A stretch of 32,000 nt of DNA from Halomicronema hongdechloris C2206 (GTDB taxonomy: Bacteria > Cyanobacteriota > Cyanobacteriia > Phormidesmidales > Phormidesmidaceae). The notes under the pieces were generated by a model that was not told where the DNA came from, made no database searches, and saw only the letters and a list, made by a program, of their open reading frames with translations. A program made the position numbers and the translations under genes. The stretch covers positions 180,001-212,000 of the forward strand of contig NZ_CP021983.2 of NCBI RefSeq assembly GCF_002075285.3, given 5' to 3'. Positions 26,680 through 32,000 of the stretch are shown piece after piece (within the stretch, counting starts at the first letter, position 1; every line of letters begins with the position of its first letter).

Positions 26680-29600
26680 ATGATCAAAGTGGCTCCTACC
26701 CCTGATTCAACGGATTTCCCTATGGCACGCATCGTTTTGATCGCCGGATTTGAGGCCTTTAACACCGACCTCTATCGCCAGGCCGCTGAACTGGCCCAAC
26801 GGCGTTGCCCTGAGTTAGACGTGCGGGTGTTTTGCGATCGCAGCCTCAGCAGCGAACCGGAGCGGGTAGAGGCAGCCCTGGCCGGCGCCGACGCCGTCTT
26901 CGCCAGCCTCGTTTTTGACTATGACCAAGTGCTGTGGCTGCGGCAACGGGTCCAAGCCATTCCGGTGCGGCTGGTGTTTGAGTCGGCCCTAGAATTGATG
27001 GCCCTGACTCGCCTGGGCAAATTCACCATTGGCGAGAAACCCAAAGGCATGCCCAAGCCAGTGCAGTTCATCCTGAGTAAATTCGGCAGTGGCAACGAAG
27101 AAGATCGCCTGGCCGGATACCTGAGCTTCCTAAAGGTAGGGCCGAAACTGCTGAAATACATTCCGGCCCGCAAGGTGCAAGACCTGCGTAACTGGCTGAT
27201 CATTTACGGGTATTGGAATGCCGGTGGTCCCGATAACGTAGCCGCCATGCTCTGGTACTTGGCCCAGCAGTATCTAGGCCTATCCGTGGGCGACATTCCC
27301 GAGGTGATTGAGACCCCCAACCAAGCCCTCTTGCATCCAGACCATGGCGGCTATTTTGCATCCCCCAAGCAATATCTAGACTGGTACCGGCAATCCCAAG
27401 GCGATATCGCCGACCGTCCGGTGGTGGGCTTGCTGCTCTACCGTAAACATGTCATTACTAAACAGCCCTATATTCCCCAACTGATCCAGGCCTTCGAAGC
27501 AGCCGGGCTGGTGCCCCTGCCCATCTTCATCAATGGGGTGGAGGGCCATGTGGCGGTGCGTGACTGGCTCACCAGTGCCTACGAGCAGAGCCAACGGCGC
27601 CAAGGCCAGATCGATATCCCCTCCCTTGCCGACGAGGCAGGCCAGGTCGATGCCATCGTCTCCACCATCGGCTTTCCTCTGGTAGGCGGCCCGGCCGGGT
27701 CCATGGAGGCCGGTCGCCAAGTGGCCGTGGCCACGCGCATTCTCAGGGCCAAAAACGTGCCCTACTGCGTGGCCGCCCCGCTGTTGATCCAAGACATCCA
27801 CTCTTGGACGCGTCAGGGGGTGGCGGGGCTGCAAAGTGTGGTGCTCTATGCCCTGCCCGAGTTAGACGGGGCCATCGATACGGTGCCCTTGGGCGGCTTG
27901 GTGGGCGATCGCATCTATCTAGTGCCGGAGCGGCTGCAGCGACTGACCCAACGGGTGAGGGCCTGGATTAGGTTGCGGCGCAAACCCGTGGCAGAGCGCA
28001 AGGTCGCCATCATTCTCTATGACTTTCCACCGGGGTATGGGGCCACGGGCACGGCGGCCCTGCTGAATGTGCCCGACTCCCTGATCAGCCTGCTGCAGGC
28101 TCTCAAACAGGCTGGCTACATCGTGGGGGACCTACCCGCCGATGGCGACACCCTGCTGGCCCAGGTCAAGGCCGCCGATGAAGCCATGCCTGGCCAGTCC
28201 CCTGCCCCAGACACCGTGTCCCTCAGAACCCTGGAAACCTGGCTGAGTTATATCCAGCGTCGCCGCATGGAGAAGCACTGGGGCGACTTCACCCAGACCG
28301 GCATCAAAACCTGGGGGGAGGAATTTCTGCTGGGGGGCGTCTGCTTGGGCAATGTCTGGATCGGCGTACAGCCGCCCTTGGGCATTCCTGGAGACCCGAT
28401 GCGATTAATGTTCGAGCGCGATCTCACCCCTCATCCTCAATATGCTGCCTTCTACCACTGGCTGCAACGGGATTTCAAGGCCGATGCCGTGGTCCACTTC
28501 GGCATGCATGGCACCGTGGAATGGCTGCCGGGCTCTCCTCTGGGCAACACCGGCTATTCTTGGCCCGATATCCTGATGGGCCAATTGCCCCACCTGTATG
28601 TCTACGCCGCCAACAACCCGTCAGAATCTATCCTGGCTAAGCGCCGGGGCTATGGGGTGCTGATTTCCCACAACGTGCCCCCCTACGGTCGGGCCGGACT
28701 CTACAAGGAACTGGCAACTCTGCGGGACCTGATCAGCGAGTATCGGGAAGACCCCCAGAAAAATGCCCTGCTCAAAGAGGCGATTCTGGCCAAAATTGTT
28801 GACACGGGCCTAGATGCTGACTGCCCCTTTCCAGAAGCTAAACAACTGGGCATGGAGTTCACCCCCGAGAATGCCCGCTTGTTCAGTAATGAGGCATTTC
28901 ATCGCTATCTGATCAGCCTCTATGACTATTTGCAGGTGCTCGAGAATCGCCTGTTTTCCAGTGGCTTGCATCGCCTGGGACAGCCTCCAGATGCAGCTGC
29001 CCTAGCCAGCTACCTCCAGGCCTATTTTGGCGAGCGGTTGTCGCCATCGGTGCTGCAGGCCATCGCCACCGGGGAAGATCAGGATCTAGCCTTGGAGCAA
29101 CGGGTGGAAGCGTTACGCCAGCGCTACTATTGGGCCGTGACTGGCGAGGCAGAGCTGGCGCAGGTGCGATCGCACCTGCGCCAGGCCCTTACCATCTGTG
29201 AGGGCTTAGCCCAAACCAGCGATGAGATCACCAATCTGCTGCGAGGGCTCAATGGCGAATATATTCCCCCGGCCCCAGGGGGCGATCTGTTGCGGGATGG
29301 CCCCGGCGTCTTGCCCACGGGCCGCAATATCCATGCCCTCGATCCCTACCGCATGCCCTCTCCCGCCGCCCATGCCCGGGGCCGGGCCATTGGCCGCAAG
29401 CTCATTGCCCAGCACCTAGCAGACCAGGGCACCTATCCAGAGACGGTGGCGGTGATGCTCTGGGGCCTAGATGCCATCAAAACCAAAGGCGAGTCCCTGG
29501 GGATTCTGCTGGAGTTGGTGGGGGCCGAACCGGTGAAGGAGGGGACTGGTCGCATCGTCCGCTATGAGCTGATGCCCCTAGAGCAGCTGGATCATCCTCG

Positions 29601-30492
29601 CATCGATATTCTGGCCAACCTGTCGGGGATCTTTCGCGATAGTTTCGCCAATATCCTAGAGCTGCTGGATGACTTGTTTCGCCGGGCGGCAGCAGCCGAT
29701 GAGCCCGAGACCCAGAACTTCATCCGTAAACATGCCCTGGCCCTGCAGGCCCAGGGCATCGAGAACCCCTCGGCGCGCCTATTCTCTAACCCCGCCGGAG
29801 ACTATGGCTCCCTGGTCAATGATCGGGTGGTGGACAGCAACTGGGAAACCAGCCGGGAACTGGGGGATACCTGGTGCGATCGCAACAGCTTCAGCTATGG
29901 CCGTCAAGATCAAGGCCAAGCTCGCCCCGAAGTCCTGCAAACCCTCCTAAACAGCACCGATCGCATCGTGCAGCAGATCGACTCGGTGGAATATGGCCTC
30001 ACCGACATCCAGGAATACTACGCCAACACCGGGGCCTTAAAACAGGCCGCCGAGCAACGACGAGGGCGCTCCGTCACCGCTAGCTTCGTCGAGAGCTTCT
30101 CCAAAGACACCACCCCCCGCCAGCTAGAGGAGGTGCTACGGCTAGAGTATCGCACCAAGCTGCTCAACCCCAAATGGGCCGAAGCTATGGCTGCCCAGGG
30201 CTCGGGGGGAGCCTACGAAATCTCCCAACGGCTAACAGCCATGGTGGGCTGGGCCGGCACTGCCAATTTCAAAGACGCCTGGGTCTACGACCAAGCTGCT
30301 GCCACCTACGCCTTTGACCAGGCTATGGCAGAACGACTGCGCCAAGCCAATCCAGAGGCCTGGCGCAATGTGGTAGGGAGATTGCTGGAGGCCCATGGTC
30401 GTGGCTTCTGGACCCCTGATGAAGACACCCTAGAGCGACTACAATCTCTCTACGACGAGGCTGATATGGCCCTAGAGGGGGTTAGCCTCTGA
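26680..30492 (+). CDS. CobN/Mg-chelatase H family large chelatase subunit (1270 aa). The N-terminus looks BchH/ChlH-like rather than classical CobN.
   Basis: Long family-typical blocks: HFGMHGTVEWLPG, LPHLYVYAANNPSE, LNGEYIPPAPGGDLLRDGPGVLPTGRNIHALDP, LWGLDAIKTKGES, RIDILANLSGIFRD, RLLEAHGRGFW. An alternative ATG is at 26722 (MARIVLIAGFEAFN). Confidence 0.9.
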   Translation: MIKVAPTPDSTDFPMARIVLIAGFEAFNTDLYRQAAELAQRRCPELDVRVFCDRSLSSEPERVEAALAGADAVFASLVFDYDQVLWLRQRVQAIPVRLVFESALELMALTRLGKFTIGEKPKGMPKPVQFILSKFGSGNEEDRLAGYLSFLKVGPKLLKYIPARKVQDLRNWLIIYGYWNAGGPDNVAAMLWYLAQQYLGLSVGDIPEVIETPNQALLHPDHGGYFASPKQYLDWYRQSQGDIADRPVVGLLLYRKHVITKQPYIPQLIQAFEAAGLVPLPIFINGVEGHVAVRDWLTSAYEQSQRRQGQIDIPSLADEAGQVDAIVSTIGFPLVGGPAGSMEAGRQVAVATRILRAKNVPYCVAAPLLIQDIHSWTRQGVAGLQSVVLYALPELDGAIDTVPLGGLVGDRIYLVPERLQRLTQRVRAWIRLRRKPVAERKVAIILYDFPPGYGATGTAALLNVPDSLISLLQALKQAGYIVGDLPADGDTLLAQVKAADEAMPGQSPAPDTVSLRTLETWLSYIQRRRMEKHWGDFTQTGIKTWGEEFLLGGVCLGNVWIGVQPPLGIPGDPMRLMFERDLTPHPQYAAFYHWLQRDFKADAVVHFGMHGTVEWLPGSPLGNTGYSWPDILMGQLPHLYVYAANNPSESILAKRRGYGVLISHNVPPYGRAGLYKELATLRDLISEYREDPQKNALLKEAILAKIVDTGLDADCPFPEAKQLGMEFTPENARLFSNEAFHRYLISLYDYLQVLENRLFSSGLHRLGQPPDAAALASYLQAYFGERLSPSVLQAIATGEDQDLALEQRVEALRQRYYWAVTGEAELAQVRSHLRQALTICEGLAQTSDEITNLLRGLNGEYIPPAPGGDLLRDGPGVLPTGRNIHALDPYRMPSPAAHARGRAIGRKLIAQHLADQGTYPETVAVMLWGLDAIKTKGESLGILLELVGAEPVKEGTGRIVRYELMPLEQLDHPRIDILANLSGIFRDSFANILELLDDLFRRAAAADEPETQNFIRKHALALQAQGIENPSARLFSNPAGDYGSLVNDRVVDSNWETSRELGDTWCDRNSFSYGRQDQGQARPEVLQTLLNSTDRIVQQIDSVEYGLTDIQEYYANTGALKQAAEQRRGRSVTASFVESFSKDTTPRQLEEVLRLEYRTKLLNPKWAEAMAAQGSGGAYEISQRLTAMVGWAGTANFKDAWVYDQAAATYAFDQAMAERLRQANPEAWRNVVGRLLEAHGRGFWTPDEDTLERLQSLYDEADMALEGVSL

Positions 30493-30516
30493 GCCGGGGC
30501 CAGCGTTGCCCCGGCT
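30492..30516. terminator. GC-rich stem-loop between convergent genes (9-bp perfect stem, 7-nt loop), no U-tract
   Basis: agccggggc-cagcgtt-gccccggct begins at the last base of the chelatase stop codon and ends 6 nt from the stop of the minus-strand 81-aa ORF. Confidence 0.45.
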
Positions 30517-30521
30517 GCCAA

Positions 30522-30767
30522 CTATGATACTAATGCCGCCTGGTCGCGGTCAGACCCTGTAGCCTCCCGGTAGTGAGGATCTCGCCAACAGAGAGGCAGC
30601 GCTTCGCCAGAGGGGAACCGCAACTCCGATTTCACGAAGGTTTCCGGCTCCTGCAGCTCTTCTCCGGCGTGAAATCGACCGCTAATTTGATCCTGACAGG
30701 GATCCCAAAGGTCATGCAGACTCAAGACTTCTACCAGATTATGGGTGGGAGTATGCTTCAAAAACAT
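30522..30767 (-). CDS. Small hypothetical protein (81 aa), resembles a conserved cyanobacterial family of unknown function
   Basis: MFLKHTPTHNLVEVLSLHDLWDPCQ...ELRFPSGEALPLCWRDPHYR. It starts 18 nt downstream of the pentapeptide-repeat gene on the same strand. The family resemblance is from memory only. Confidence 0.5.
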   Translation of the reverse strand: MFLKHTPTHNLVEVLSLHDLWDPCQDQISGRFHAGEELQEPETFVKSELRFPSGEALPLCWRDPHYREATGSDRDQAALVS

Positions 30768-30785
30768 CGGATGATATCCTCCAAC

Positions 30786-31316
30786 TCAATGACTCCCCCA
30801 GGACACCCAACGATGGTCAGTGCCACAGGCGGTTTCCGTTTGCAATGTCTTGGCTTGTGCCAAATCAGTACCCTCCATGTCGGTGTCTTCTAAATCAACT
30901 CCGGTGATGCAGGCACTGGCCAAATTAACGTGACGGACACTGGCACCGCTTAGGGCGACTTCTGTGAGGTTAGCTCCCCGTAGATCGGCGTTATCTAAGA
31001 TAGCGGTGCGCAGGTCAGCCTGAGTCAGGTCTGCCCCGACTAAACTGGCGTGTCGAAGTTCAGCACCGATGAAATTGACTTCCCTTAGAGTGGCTCCACT
31101 CAGATCTGCCTGGCTGAGGTCAGCGTCTGTGAGGTTGGCGCAGCTCAGGTCAGCGCGACACAAGTTAGCCCCACTCAGGTCTGCTCCACTCAGGTCTGCC
31201 CCAGTAAAATCGACGCCACTGAGGAATTTACCAGTCAGATCAACGCCATGGAGCTGCACTTTAGAGAAGTTACGGTGGCCTTGATTGAATTCGTGGAGAA
31301 GTTGCTGAATATCCAT
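30786..31316 (-). CDS. Pentapeptide-repeat protein
   Basis: More than 20 consecutive A(D/N)LXX pentads, for example GADLSGADLSGANLCRADLSCANLTDADLSQADLSGATL. A 15-bp periodicity is visible in the DNA. Confidence 0.92.
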   Translation of the reverse strand: MDIQQLLHEFNQGHRNFSKVQLHGVDLTGKFLSGVDFTGADLSGADLSGANLCRADLSCANLTDADLSQADLSGATLREVNFIGAELRHASLVGADLTQADLRTAILDNADLRGANLTEVALSGASVRHVNLASACITGVDLEDTDMEGTDLAQAKTLQTETACGTDHRWVSWGSH

Positions 31317-32000
31317 GTTGTCTACGTCCTTGTCTAAATGGACACGACTTTAGACACCAGCAGGTTGATCACCCTTAGGACTCTTGGATTGAAGATTGAC
31401 CCCGGGGAAAACTCCAGCAGCCTCTCAGCTGGACTTTTTAATATGGCCAGAGACATCTCATGACCAGCCAAGATAATGGCCCACTGAGATATTGATACAG
31501 CGACCTGCCATATCTAAAGTTATTGTTTATTATCGCGTGTTTCCAGTAGCGATAGGCCGTAGATTTACAGAACGATAATTCATCTCCCGGACTCAAGCCG
31601 AGGCAAATCCATAGACATATCAAAGGATTACCAAACACTTTACCCAGTGTTTAAAGGTGGCTACTCGCCCAGTTGCGATGGCTGTTGGTATAGCCCAGGC
31701 TCTGCCTACAGGCCAGTCGAAGACTATTTATTTCTGAACATTTTGGCGATCCTATAAACTGCAACGTGTTGCGTAGGACACCACTTTTACCGTGGCCGCG
31801 CTACAGCATGATGTCTTCTGCTTGCCCTTATCTGAGGGCAGCAGCACTGTGGTATTCGACTCCTTGAGGCGGCTCATCCCAACGCTATAAATAGGGCCGT
31901 TTTGACCTGTATCCTAACTAAAGAGAGCCTCTCCCTAACTGTTACCAATCCCATGTCTACTCCGCTAGCGAGGAAGTCTCCTGTGACCGCGAACGTTCCA

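Noticed and set aside
26616-26721. Cobalamin riboswitch in front of the CobN-family gene
   Set aside because: The spacer is 64-106 nt, and no B12-box-like element was seen.
30786-31316. 15-bp periodic DNA repeat, considered as a possible tandem-repeat or CRISPR-like array
   Set aside because: The periodicity is fully explained by the pentapeptide-repeat coding sequence. The units are degenerate and contiguous, with no spacers.
31963-32000. Possible CDS start (ATG at 31963) running off the window
   Set aside because: Only 12 codons are visible, which is insufficient to support a feature call.

Overview
The window looks like a cyanobacterial chromosome segment. It carries 18 exact copies of the HIP1 palindrome GCGATCGC. 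Hand counts of single 60-nt lines give about 68% G+C in a coding line and 33-38% in one long intergenic spacer. I can support about 30 protein-coding genes, one tRNA-Arg(ACG), three stem-loop terminator candidates and several short repeats. Most genes are core housekeeping: GH1 beta-glucosidase, moaC, murF, a moeB/moeZ-type E1, an sbcD-like nuclease, clpC, rimI, the lysA-cdaA-uppS cluster, an MscS channel, a Ppx/GppA phosphatase and a 1270-aa CobN/ChlH-family chelatase subunit. I found no CRISPR array, transposase, integrase, rRNA or recognisable defence or toxin-antitoxin module. I do not see convincing evidence for a complete new multi-gene system. Items worth a second look: (1) a DegT-family aminotransferase broken at a C8 homopolymer, with a possible second homopolymer indel about 670 bp away; (2) a 690-bp spacer with an octamer tandem-repeat, G-run-rich tract and a hairpin-dense block built from a repeated AGTTCGACT..CCGCT+hairpin module; (3) a tRNA gene wedged antisense between two same-strand genes; (4) a JAMM protease and an E1-rhodanese pair with no ubiquitin-like partner in view, tightly followed by a secreted unknown, an SbcD-like nuclease lacking SbcC, and an unknown 357-aa protein; (5) a perfect 14-bp tandem duplication spanning the uppS stop codon, next to an N-terminally truncated DUF218 gene; (6) a tRNA-proximal block of poorly characterised genes ending in a 536-bp AT-rich spacer. 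All functional calls rest on motif recognition by eye, because no database search was possible.
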